From the IMG/VR virus record IMGVR_UViG_3300010356_002077: a DNA stretch of 64,000 nucleotides. One strand, given 5' to 3'. The stretch is from an uncultured virus (IMG/VR IMGVR_UViG_3300010356_002077) (taxonomy: Duplodnaviria; Heunggongvirae; Uroviricota; Caudoviricetes). The translations under genes were made by a program, and so were the position numbers. The notes beneath the pieces were generated by a model. It did no database searches. It saw only the letters and a list, made by a program, of their open reading frames with translations, and was not told the origin of the DNA. Below, piece after piece: positions 18,417-27,401 of the stretch (positions within the stretch are counted from its first letter, which is position 1; each line of letters starts with the position of its first letter).

Positions 18417-19067
18417 CTACCCCTCGTACTCTGTTTTGTCCTGCAGTCCCGCGAGAGCGATCGCCTTCTTACGGTTTCGACAGGATTCACAGACTCCACA
18501 ATGGAGTTTTTCGCTTCGGTAACACGACCAGGTGTTGAAGATGATGTCCCCAACTAACGCGTGGGCGCGCTTAAGATTCTCCGCTTTGGAGAATCCACAA
18601 CGTGCCGGACTGTCGATCGTCAGCGGATTGTCGGGATGTCCAGTGTTGAGGGTTTTCTGGAGTTCCGCGACAAATCCGTTTCGACAATCCGGGTAACCCG
18701 CGGCATCGTCCGCATGAGCACCGAAGATGATCTTTCCGGCACCGATCGACTTTGCGTACGCTGCGGCGATTGTGAGCATTACCATATTCCGGAGAGGGAC
18801 CACAACCGTCGGGACGTAATTGTCCTCGATGTCGACCGCTTCATCCGTTAACTGCGATCCCGGCCAAAGTTCTTGCATGAACGACATGTCGATGATTTGA
18901 ACGTCCTGCACGAAAGGAAATCCGGCAACGACGTTTTCGATGACACTGAGTTCTTTGACTCCTTTCTGCCCGTAGTCAAAAGCGAGAACGTGACATTCGT
19001 CGAGATCGTGTTGCGCGAGGAAACACACACTATCCATTCCCCCGCTTACTACCGCAACCACTTTCAT
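18417..19067 (-). CDS. queC: 7-cyano-7-deazaguanine synthase
   Basis: SGGMDS, FDYGQ, VPLRN, YPDCR, SCY, CGVCESC. Start revised to ATG 19067. Confidence 0.92.
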   Translation of the reverse strand: MKVVAVVSGGMDSVCFLAQHDLDECHVLAFDYGQKGVKELSVIENVVAGFPFVQDVQIIDMSFMQELWPGSQLTDEAVDIEDNYVPTVVVPLRNMVMLTIAAAYAKSIGAGKIIFGAHADDAAGYPDCRNGFVAELQKTLNTGHPDNPLTIDSPARCGFSKAENLKRAHALVGDIIFNTWSCYRSEKLHCGVCESCRNRKKAIALAGLQDKTEYEG

Positions 19068-19068
19068 T

Positions 19069-19335
19069 TTAATACGTCCTTTCTGGGGGGATATCCCTTC
19101 CCGCGTTTTTTGTTCGAGTGGAGACCTTTGCCGGAGACACGAGAGTGAGGCGGTCCTCATCGAACCAAGTCCCGATTGCTTGTTTCGTCGGTTCCTTTTT
19201 TGATACCTCTGGTACGACGAGAACCTGAAGGCAACCGGTTGAGTATTTGCAATACCCCACAACCTTGCCTTTGAAGTTCGTCACCACATCCTTCACTTCG
19301 TCGTACCAGCTGAACTTTCCCGAAATTGAAATCAC
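19069..19335 (-). CDS. Hypothetical SH3-like protein
   Basis: GTG start after AGGAGG; VKDVVTNFKG...TGC...WFDE pattern. Confidence 0.5.
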   Translation of the reverse strand: MISISGKFSWYDEVKDVVTNFKGKVVGYCKYSTGCLQVLVVPEVSKKEPTKQAIGTWFDEDRLTLVSPAKVSTRTKNAGRDIPPERTY

Positions 19336-19712
19336 GATACACCTCCTTTTAGGAGAACCACCCAACGCTGGCGAGCTAACTGCTTTAGAGTGTCCGGTGT
19401 TGCATTGTGTTTACCGGCAATAGAAGAGAACGTAATCAGACCGTCTTCCGGATTGATACTTTCAACCGTCCACCGTCTCCACTCGGACCGTGGAAGTGCG
19501 AGTACGTACGCGAGTCCGGTATCGCCATCAATTCGGATTGCACCGGCTCGCTGGAGGGAATCAAACTCGCAACGGGTGAGAACGATATGTCGTGGAGACG
19601 CCTCATCCGGGAGTTGAGTGGACAACCGATGCTGATGATCTTTTGTCGCTTCATACTTCCACGGATGCTCGTCGAAATCCGGAAAGGTGAAGTGCCCGAA
19701 AACGTCTCCCAC
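19332..19712 (-). CDS. Hypothetical protein
   Basis: ORF fits the minus-strand operon. Confidence 0.45.
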   Translation of the reverse strand: MGDVFGHFTFPDFDEHPWKYEATKDHQHRLSTQLPDEASPRHIVLTRCEFDSLQRAGAIRIDGDTGLAYVLALPRSEWRRWTVESINPEDGLITFSSIAGKHNATPDTLKQLARQRWVVLLKGGVS

Positions 19713-19714
19713 TT

Positions 19715-20140
19715 TTACCCCGAGACGCTTTTGTCCGCGGTCTGTTTGTCGACCTGAGCTTTTCTCGCCGCCTTTTTGTTCTTCCGGTCGGTTACGATCT
19801 TCCGGACTTCCTCAATGCAGTGCGTTGCGACGTTCCCGACCATTACCGTCGAGATCTTTCCGAGTCTTTTCCACTCGGAAATGTCCACCGGATCGACCCC
19901 CAACATCTTCGCGATTTCGGAGGCCCGGGCTCTTCCTTCCGGAGCGACGAACTTTGCCTTCTCCGAGACCGGAGGAGTAGTCGGTTTCCCGGGAGTCAAA
20001 GGTGCCTTTTCCTCCGGTAACGGTTGAGATGGAGGTAGTGGAGGAACTTTAGCCTCGATCTTCTTCGGTTTCGGTTTCGGTTTCGCACCAACTTTCGACA
20101 CTACTTTGCGGATCTTTGATTCCTTCGTTTCCTTGGTCAT
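19715..20140 (-). CDS. Putative HTH DNA-binding protein
   Basis: K/P-rich N-terminus; ASEIAKMLGVDPVDISEW helix-turn-helix pattern. Confidence 0.55.
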   Translation of the reverse strand: MTKETKESKIRKVVSKVGAKPKPKPKKIEAKVPPLPPSQPLPEEKAPLTPGKPTTPPVSEKAKFVAPEGRARASEIAKMLGVDPVDISEWKRLGKISTVMVGNVATHCIEEVRKIVTDRKNKKAARKAQVDKQTADKSVSG

Positions 20141-20535
20141 TTTGGATCCTCCTTTCTTTCGAAAAACTCACGGATTTCACGTATACGGGTCTCGATCGGT
20201 TTAAGTACCTTTTCGACTTCCTCGGACCATTCACCTTTCGAGTTGATCTTTTGCTGGAGCAACTTTTTCCACTGCTTCAACCCGTCTTCTACGGCAATTT
20301 GGAGTTGGTGGGCTTCCGCAAAGAAATCGCAGAAGTTTCTGAGTGGTGTTGGAATGGTCGTTCGGGGATAAGGAATGAACCGCAACCACCGATCTTCCGG
20401 TTCGTGCAAATACCCGATCCACCAATACTCGCCTTCCGGTACGGACGAGTGCCGCTCCACAAGAACCAGATCATCGTCTCTCCGCACAAACACTAAGGGG
20501 TCTTGAAATTCCCGAACCTTCTGTCCCCTACGCAT
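20137..20535 (-). CDS. Hypothetical protein
   Basis: Overlapping start/stop with both neighbours. Confidence 0.45.
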   Translation of the reverse strand: MRRGQKVREFQDPLVFVRRDDDLVLVERHSSVPEGEYWWIGYLHEPEDRWLRFIPYPRTTIPTPLRNFCDFFAEAHQLQIAVEDGLKQWKKLLQQKINSKGEWSEEVEKVLKPIETRIREIREFFERKEDPK

Positions 20536-20749
20536 TGGAACCCCTTCCCGGAGTCCACTGAGAAGTAGTATAATCGAAATGCTCAATTTTGTGGGTGGTC
20601 CGCTCCATTCGAAGAACGGGTAACCCGGACTCGAGAATCACCCGGAGTTTCTTTATCGTAGGAACGTTACCACGAGAAATATTCGGTACCCACACTGTGT
20701 ACTTGAGGAACGAAAACTCCACTGCCTCGTTGATGTTCGGTCGGGTCAT
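20528..20749 (-). CDS. Hypothetical protein
   Basis: SD AGGAGG; in operon. Confidence 0.45.
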   Translation of the reverse strand: MTRPNINEAVEFSFLKYTVWVPNISRGNVPTIKKLRVILESGLPVLRMERTTHKIEHFDYTTSQWTPGRGSNA

Positions 20750-20798
20750 TTTCAGTGCCCTCCTTTCCTGACGTAAACGAACGTTGCCAACTCTCGAT

Positions 20799-21362
20799 TC
20801 ATTCCGTCCTCTCCTCCAGCCCTTCGGGGAAAAGGGCTTTGGTCATGTTGACCAATCTCCGAACTAGGTCACAAGTTGCATCTGTCAGTAGCACCAAATC
20901 AGCAACATCACAAGCAATACAAGCCAACTCCCTCACCTTGTCGGCGGGGAGGGCGTTCTTTTGGTATTTCCGCCTCAACTGCTCTTGCCATTCTTCCATC
21001 TGATTCAGCATATCTACGCTGTGATAACAATCCATAGGCAGTTTTACAGCCTTGCTTCCGTCATACCATTTGCCTAGCACAGGATGATTTTTCCCATCAG
21101 TTTTATAGTCGGGATATTCCGCTTCGTACTCCTCCAGATATTTTTCACGGGCTTGGTTTCTTATACAGAATAAGCACGGTCGCTCACCTGATGGTGAACC
21201 GGGGAATGGGTCGTTTGCTCGGCTATGGGCGCACCCAAAACATATTAAATTGACACTCTCCGGCATTTCGGGCGGGGGATAGGTAGAACAAGAACGAGTA
21301 TTACAATTACAAGTTCCCAGTAACATTCCACAAGTGGGACATCTATCAGTATTCACGCTCAC
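20799..21362 (-). CDS. Cys-rich hypothetical protein
   Basis: CPTC, CFGC and CLFC pairs. Confidence 0.5.
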   Translation of the reverse strand: MSVNTDRCPTCGMLLGTCNCNTRSCSTYPPPEMPESVNLICFGCAHSRANDPFPGSPSGERPCLFCIRNQAREKYLEEYEAEYPDYKTDGKNHPVLGKWYDGSKAVKLPMDCYHSVDMLNQMEEWQEQLRRKYQKNALPADKVRELACIACDVADLVLLTDATCDLVRRLVNMTKALFPEGLEERTE

Positions 21363-21406
21363 CTTTCACCTCGATTAAAAACTGGGTGCCGACCGAACCG
21401 AAACGT

Positions 21407-21655
21407 TTAACTTCGGACATACTTCCTCCTCGGACTACAAACACAGGTCAGGGGTAAGTGGGACAGTAGGGCCTTCGGACTTCGCATATGAAGCATCTCC
21501 CGTTCGGGCATTTCCTCCGGTAACGTTTCGTCTGGACGAAGTGCAAACACCGCTACTCCACTTGAGAACGTTCGTGTTTCTATCCGTTTGTTCTCTTCTT
21601 CCGCGTGTACCCGCATCTGTTCCACCATACAATAGTTGCACGGTCTCGAGTTCAT
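21407..21655 (-). CDS. Hypothetical protein
   Basis: ORF in operon, SD upstream. Confidence 0.45.
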   Translation of the reverse strand: MNSRPCNYCMVEQMRVHAEEENKRIETRTFSSGVAVFALRPDETLPEEMPEREMLHMRSPKALLSHLPLTCVCSPRRKYVRS

Positions 21656-21658
21656 TTC

Positions 21659-22060
21659 TCAATCCTCCTCGAAAGATGGTTCTTGATGATCCTCGGTGAA
21701 CGAATATTTCGTCCGACACCGGGGACAATCAAACGTTACGGTACGAGTGAACTCTTTCCGGTGACAACCGGGACACTCGAGTGTTCGTTGGTCCATCGCC
21801 GAAACGATCTGGGAGAACAACCGCAACTTTCGAGTGTTCTCTTTCGTCAGGGCTTCTTCTTCTTGACTGACTCGAATGACTTCCGTTGCTTCCTCCGCGA
21901 ACACTTTGTCGCGCCACTGGTTCAATTCGTTGAGGATATCTACGAGGACTACATTCACGCCGTTTGTTTGTGCGGTGATATTCGTCCGACGCTTTTCATC
22001 TACGACCCGGATGGCAAGTTCGATTCCTTGCACTCCCGAAATTATTCTCTTCTCAGACAT
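21659..22060 (-). CDS. Hypothetical Zn-ribbon protein
   Basis: CPGC...CPRC. Confidence 0.5.
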   Translation of the reverse strand: MSEKRIISGVQGIELAIRVVDEKRRTNITAQTNGVNVVLVDILNELNQWRDKVFAEEATEVIRVSQEEEALTKENTRKLRLFSQIVSAMDQRTLECPGCHRKEFTRTVTFDCPRCRTKYSFTEDHQEPSFEED

Positions 22061-22294
22061 TTTCGGTCCTCCTTCTCAACGGATAAAAATTACCCCTTTT
22101 TAATCCTTCGGATGCGGTTAGATATCGAATCGGGTACGTAAATATGTTGGTGCAAATCTCCCTCTTTGTGAAAAGGGGAGGGAGGGGAGGAAGAAGTTCT
22201 CGTACTTGCTCGCGCTCGACGGTCTGGTCTTGCATCTTGCAATTCGAAAAACATCCGACTCACCACGACGCTCCCTCCCTTTCGGAGTCGCGAA

Positions 22295-23191
22295 CTACTC
22301 GCGACCTTTGATTATGTACTGGTACTCCGTCCACATCGGATCCAACCCCCGATTGTCGACATCGAGAGCGGGTACTGTCAGGGTCCTTTTTGCTACAAGT
22401 GGCCACTCCTGATCTTCTACGAACTTCTGCAGAACGTCGTCGGTGGGATAGTTACTCGACTGGTTAGACAGAATCACGAACCTCGAAGATATCCTCGCCA
22501 GTTCTACCGCGTGTCGGACGTTTTCGAGAATGTCCTCGCTCGTCCACGGTTCGAACGACGTGGGTTTCTGCACCGCCCAACTACCGAGTAAATCCACCAT
22601 CTCGGTGTACTCTTCCGTTCCACGTCCGTCTCTCCAGGGCCAAGCAAAGTCCATGTACACCACGTCGACATTGCTTTCGAGTCCCTTTAGGAAGTCAAAA
22701 ACATCGAGTCGGGTGAGACTTTCAAACCGGACTCCTGCGTCCCGATGCTGAAGAAGCCACTCTCTCCACTTCCTTCGACTGGCTCGGAGTGCTTCTTGAT
22801 TGTCCGGCAACTTCAGTTCGTAACCACCGACCTCGAGTAAGGCCGCTCCGACTGCCGCAACATCGACACTATCTCGAACTTCTCGGACAAGTTCGTCCAA
22901 CCACGGAGTTCCACTTCCTCCTTGTGGTTCCAATGTGGGCCAGTCCGTTGTTTTCCCGGCAAGGGATCGACCAATTGCGTCCGAGAACGGACTGACGTCA
23001 TTCGCGAGAACCTTATGTCCCCACAAACCGACGTTGAACGCAACTGCGTGACTTCCCGCGTTCGTCTCGGCAAAACGAATCTTCTTGCCGGCAGGAAACA
23101 GTCCTACTATCGCCTCGAGGACGAAGTTCACAAGTCGGGCCTGTGAACCGTAGTAGGGGAACCAATTGTGTTCCTTACTCAATAGATACAT
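22295..23191 (-). CDS. Dam/D12-like methyltransferase with atypical motifs
   Basis: FPYYGS, FAETNAGS, VLAND and VVYMDFAW. Start revised to ATG 23191 (SD GAGGTG). Confidence 0.65.
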   Translation of the reverse strand: MYLLSKEHNWFPYYGSQARLVNFVLEAIVGLFPAGKKIRFAETNAGSHAVAFNVGLWGHKVLANDVSPFSDAIGRSLAGKTTDWPTLEPQGGSGTPWLDELVREVRDSVDVAAVGAALLEVGGYELKLPDNQEALRASRRKWREWLLQHRDAGVRFESLTRLDVFDFLKGLESNVDVVYMDFAWPWRDGRGTEEYTEMVDLLGSWAVQKPTSFEPWTSEDILENVRHAVELARISSRFVILSNQSSNYPTDDVLQKFVEDQEWPLVAKRTLTVPALDVDNRGLDPMWTEYQYIIKGRE

Positions 23192-23291
23192 GCAATTCAC
23201 CTCATCCTTTCTTGATCCACCGGTAACGGGTGGTGGCCAAATGGGCATCCGAAATATGTGCACAGCAATCTCCTTCTCGGGGTTCGAGAGA

Positions 23292-23867
23292 CTACTGAAA
23301 GAGCTTGGTGTTCTCGTGGAACTGCTTGCCGAGTTCGGTGAGCTTCTCGTTGAGCTGAACTGCGGGTCCGTTAGGATCGTTCGTGATCGCTTTCGTGACG
23401 ACTTCCTTCGCCTTCCACCAGACGTTCGGGAAGTCCGTCCACTTGGCGGTGGCAACCCGCTTAAGATGCCACTCGAGAGTTTTCTGGGACGGTCCGGTTC
23501 CCTTCACCGGAATGAAGTACGCCTTGATCTGGTTCCACTTTCCCTCGAGAACCTTCTCCGGTGTTCCGTCGAGTGAAACCACTCGCAGTTTGACTCCACC
23601 CCGCACGAAATCCAGGGTGTACATGGTCACCTGATCGCCGTTGCGATTGATGTACATCCTGTCGCCCTGAACTCCGGCGCACTCGCTGAAGTTCTCGAAC
23701 TCGAGATATACATCGTTCGGGTTGAACATCGCGGTGTTCGCGATCTGCTTCGCTTTGTCGAGAAGCATTTTGGTGTGGGTAGGGAGGGCCGATTCCTTAC
23801 ACCAGAACTTCGTGTAAGAGACCGGAACCTTTTCGAGCAACTGATCCTTCATGGTGAGCTTTGACAT
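23292..23867 (-). CDS. Hypothetical early protein
   Basis: Strong SD AAGGAGAG; C-ending codon bias. Confidence 0.6.
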   Translation of the reverse strand: MSKLTMKDQLLEKVPVSYTKFWCKESALPTHTKMLLDKAKQIANTAMFNPNDVYLEFENFSECAGVQGDRMYINRNGDQVTMYTLDFVRGGVKLRVVSLDGTPEKVLEGKWNQIKAYFIPVKGTGPSQKTLEWHLKRVATAKWTDFPNVWWKAKEVVTKAITNDPNGPAVQLNEKLTELGKQFHENTKLFQ

Positions 23868-23914
23868 TTGAAACTCTCCTTTCTCGTTCTCTAGAACGTT
23901 TTACGAACCTACAA

Positions 23915-24697
23915 CTACCTGCCAGTTTCTACCGTTTTTGCTCTCTTCTTTGCTTTCGTATCGGCTATCCTCTGGAGTTTTGCTATCTCCACGGCAATCT
24001 CGTGACTGACGTCCGGTCCGTCTTTAACCGTTTTGCCATAAACGAACGTCCGGTCGAACCAACCCATTCCCTTTTTCTGATATTCGTCGTAAAGACCTAC
24101 GAGGTACACCACTTTCTTCTTTCCTCGGGACGTCACTTTTATCGAGAGTCCGAAACCGCAATCAATGGTGTGTTTCGGTTCTTCGACTTCCTTCGGTTCT
24201 TCGACTTCCTTCTGTTCGACTTCCTGCTGTTCTTCGACTTCCTTCTGTTCTTCGACTTCCTTCTGTTCGACTTCTTTCTGTTCAACCTGAGCAAGATCGG
24301 AAAGAAGAACGGCCATCAACGCTTTGTTTGTGAACTGCTTCCTTACGGGATGGCCGAGTTCCGTGAGAGAGTACTTTCTAGCTTTCCTCATCACGGAAGT
24401 AAGTTCTTCCTCAACTTCCTTTTCGCAATAGGTACTCCGCTTAACGATCGCACTTGCTACACACCTGCCACCAAACATTGGGTGCCGACGACTTTCGGAA
24501 TGGGTGACCAAAAGAGACACGTTCGTTTCGTCAACGGTAACGTAAAGAATCACCGTGCCGACCAGAACCACTTCGTGTTCGACTTTTTCTACCTTACCGG
24601 TCAAAAGTGACATCTCCCGTGTGACTTTTACCAGCTTACCATCCGGGTGGGAAGGGTCAACTTTTGTTCCTTCTTTTACTTCTCTTTCTTCTGTCAT
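23915..24697 (-). CDS. First early-operon protein with EQKEVE repeats
   Basis: SD AAGGAGAG; directly downstream of the leftward promoter. Confidence 0.6.
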   Translation of the reverse strand: MTEEREVKEGTKVDPSHPDGKLVKVTREMSLLTGKVEKVEHEVVLVGTVILYVTVDETNVSLLVTHSESRRHPMFGGRCVASAIVKRSTYCEKEVEEELTSVMRKARKYSLTELGHPVRKQFTNKALMAVLLSDLAQVEQKEVEQKEVEEQKEVEEQQEVEQKEVEEPKEVEEPKHTIDCGFGLSIKVTSRGKKKVVYLVGLYDEYQKKGMGWFDRTFVYGKTVKDGPDVSHEIAVEIAKLQRIADTKAKKRAKTVETGR

Positions 24698-24730
24698 TTT
24701 CGCTCTCCTTTCGTACGAACTACTACCACT

Positions 24731-24772
24731 TACAATTATAATATAGTATATCCTTAACCAAAAATCAAGAGG
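24731..24772 (-). promoter_or_regulatory. Leftward sigma70-like promoter
   Basis: TTGATT-N17-TATATT plus an overlapping TATAAT; near-copy of 26839-26880. Confidence 0.7.
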
Positions 24773-24776
24773 TCCT

Positions 24777-25474
24777 CAAACCTAATATTCATAATGGTTT
24801 GCGGAATTAGGTATTCTCAAACACGTATCTATATTGAGTTTGCGACGGATACTCTCCTCAAACTCAATATTCATAATGGTTTGCGGAGGACGCAACCAAA
24901 AAAACCACGGATTTTCCAGAAAAACCCCGGAAAAACCCGGATTTTGGGCCTTTCCCGCAAAGTATTATATTCATTAGGTTTGAAAACCCATGTCTCTGCA
25001 ACCTTAATATTCATAATACTTTGCGGAACTAAACTTCGCAAACACGTATCTATATTGAGTTTGAGAACACCTACCTTCTCAAACCTAATATTCTCAATGG
25101 TTTGCGACGTACTTAAAATCCAAAAAACACCTAAAATCCAACAACGTCCATTTCAACGCGTTTTCACACCAATCTTCCGCAAACTTAATATTCATGATAC
25201 TTTGCGGAAACCACACCCTTTCAAAAAACATTTTTTCATTTAGCAATTTGGCGCAAAGTATCAGGAATATTAAGTTTGCGTACGTATGTCTCAAACCTAA
25301 TATTCATGATACTTTGCGGTGTACAGAGTACCAAACCTAATATTCATAATGGTTTGCGTACGTACATTTCAAACCTAACATTCATAATGGTTTGCGGCAT
25401 ACCTAAACGCAAACCTAATAAACTCAATGGTTTGCGTACGTATGCCGCAAACCTAATATTCATAATAGTTTCCG
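24777..25474. repeat. Array of 14 imperfect 25-bp dyads
   Basis: Consensus CAAACCTAATATTCATAATGGTTTG(CG); 38-41 bp spacing within clusters; both orientations. Confidence 0.9.
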
Positions 25475-25906
25475 AAAGGTACCCTCACGGCACACAGTGC
25501 AACGCAGTTTCTCACCTCCAACCCCTTCCCATTGCGTTTCCCAACGTTTCGGTGTACTGTGTAGTTACCCAGCAACTTGAGAACTTCTGCAAGCAAACGA
25601 GCAAATCCCTCGAGTCGGAGGAAGCGCGAGAGCAAACGACTTTGAAGTTGCGGTAGTGGAGGAGTGGGAGGGAGTAGAAGTGAGTGCGTGAGTGCGTGAG
25701 TGCGTGTACGGAGGATCTTTCGTGATCTCGGGAATCTCGCGAGGTATAAAGATATAACCGTGATTGCTTCCTAACTGATAATGAACGATTAAAAAGGGGG
25801 TTTGCTCGCGATAGTGAGTGATCTCGAGGATTTCTTGCAGATTTCAGTGGAGGAGGAGGAGACTTGCTAATCTTGAGAAAAAGATATGCGTATACAAATT
25901 GGGTGA

Positions 25907-26126
25907 AAAAACCGGCGCAAACCATTATAGATATTAAGGATATTATGGATATGGGTCAAAAGTCCCAAAACGGACGATTATGAAAAAAAGTACGAGTTTG
26001 AGTAGGGGGACGCAATACCAGGAAGTCCCCAGGATATAGAGAGGTATATAGAGACCGTCGCGTTTTGGGGGAAAACACCCATATCCATAATATCCTTAAT
26101 ATCTATAATGGTTTGAGCCGGTTTTT
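25907..26126. repeat. 50-bp inverted repeat
   Basis: Arms 25907-25956 and 26077-26126, one mismatch. Confidence 0.9.
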
Positions 26127-26163
26127 ATACGGGTCGGATATACGCATACAAATTTATCAACCC

Positions 26164-26276
26164 TAACCCGTTGATAATCAATGAGTTAAGTTTAACCTGT
26201 TGATAATCAATGAGTTAAGTTTAACCCGTTGATAATCAATGAGTTAAGTTTAACCCGTTGATAATCAATGAGTTAA
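26164..26276. repeat. Four tandem 29-bp palindromic repeats
   Basis: TAACCCGTTGATAATCAATGAGTTAAGTT at 26164, 26193, 26222 and 26251. Confidence 0.95.
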
Positions 26277-26303
26277 CTTTCTAAACTAAAAAGGCGGGGG
26301 GAC

Positions 26304-26649
26304 CCTTGCGGACTTAGAGAACTAAAAGACCTTTCGTTTTATCCTTAGGTAAACACGGATATACAAACGTTACTCCATTTCGATTGTAAGTTGTACCTAC
26401 GGATTCTTGGTATCTGTTTGATCTATCCTTGTGGACTTAGAGAACTAAAAGACCTTTCGTTTTATCCTTAGGTAAACATGGATATACAAACGTTACTCCT
26501 TCTTCGGATTGTAGATTGTACACCCGGATTCTTGGTATCTGTTTGATCTATCCTTGTTGACTTAGAGAACTAAAAGACCTTTCGTTTTATCCTTAGGTAA
26601 ACACGGATATACAAACGTTACTCCATCTTCGGATTGTAGATTGTACACC
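26304..26649. repeat. ~2.8 tandem copies of a ~124-bp unit
   Basis: Units start at 26304, 26427 and 26552 (CCTTG..GACTTAGAGAACTAAAAGACC...). Confidence 0.95.
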
Positions 26650-26838
26650 GAAGACAGGATACGGCGAGTCGACTCGTACGTACACCCCTACCCCCGCGTG
26701 GTTTCCCGAAATTTCACGTGAGTCATGAGTAAACATGCCTCATTTAGCGACCCCCGATTTTCCTACCCCCGGTCTTTCGCAATCACCTTTTTCTGTTTGC
26801 AATCACGAAATGTCAGTGATCACTTTTATCTTGTTGTG

Positions 26839-26880
26839 CCTCTTGATTTTTCCATAGCAATATACTATATTATAATCGTA
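26839..26880 (+). promoter_or_regulatory. Rightward sigma70-like promoter of the virion operon
   Basis: TTGATT 26843-N17-TATATT 26866; SD GGAGG follows. Confidence 0.7.
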
Positions 26881-26894
26881 GGGAGGATGATCGG

Positions 26895-27401
26895 ATGACG
26901 CAAAAAGTGGTAGATTGGGAGAAGGTAAAACTTACGTACGTCCTTGCGGACGAAGTTTCCCTGCCTCTCATTGCGAGACTTTTTGGAGTTCCTCTTCCCG
27001 AACTTCGCAAGCGGGTCAAGGAGGGGTGGGAGAAAGAACGCGAGGAAGTCCTCCGCCAATTCGAGACCGACGTCTTTAACGAATTGCGGGAGTACCTTGT
27101 CGACCTGAAGACGCGGCAGTTGCGACAGTTGTACACCGTACGGGCACATCTCTGGCACGAAATTGAGGATCGTCTCTGCAAGAACGAGGATTTTCTGGAT
27201 CCGAAGAACTTGTCGTTGGGTAACCTCGTAAAGTTGCTCCTGGAAGTGATGAAGGGTGAAAGAGAGACCGTCGTCACGAAACAGGACGGACCGCAGAAGA
27301 TAACCGAACTCCCCGATTTGTCAAAGATGACCGATGCCGAACTGATCGCGTTTGCATCCGCCCAGACCGCACAAGTCTCGGATGTAGAGAAGGAGGCGTG
27401 A
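26895..27401 (+). CDS. Putative terminase small subunit
   Basis: HTH-like N-terminus, DLSKMTDAEL tail, directly upstream of the large terminase. Confidence 0.6.
   Translation: MTQKVVDWEKVKLTYVLADEVSLPLIARLFGVPLPELRKRVKEGWEKEREEVLRQFETDVFNELREYLVDLKTRQLRQLYTVRAHLWHEIEDRLCKNEDFLDPKNLSLGNLVKLLLEVMKGERETVVTKQDGPQKITELPDLSKMTDAELIAFASAQTAQVSDVEKEA

Noticed and set aside
9219..19067. que genes as host queuosine tRNA-modification auxiliary genes
   Set aside because: No queF, queA or canonical tgt is present; the replication context and DpdA-like gene favour DNA modification.
24777..25474. Possible CRISPR array
   Set aside because: Spacers are only ~11-16 bp, repeats are degenerate and in both orientations, and there is no cas operon.
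25681..25706. (TGAGTGCG)x3 microrepeat
   Set aside because: Too short to support a function on its own.
24794..25925. ORFs predicted across the repeat region
   Set aside because: They are translations of the DNA repeats, with no SD or protein-like features.
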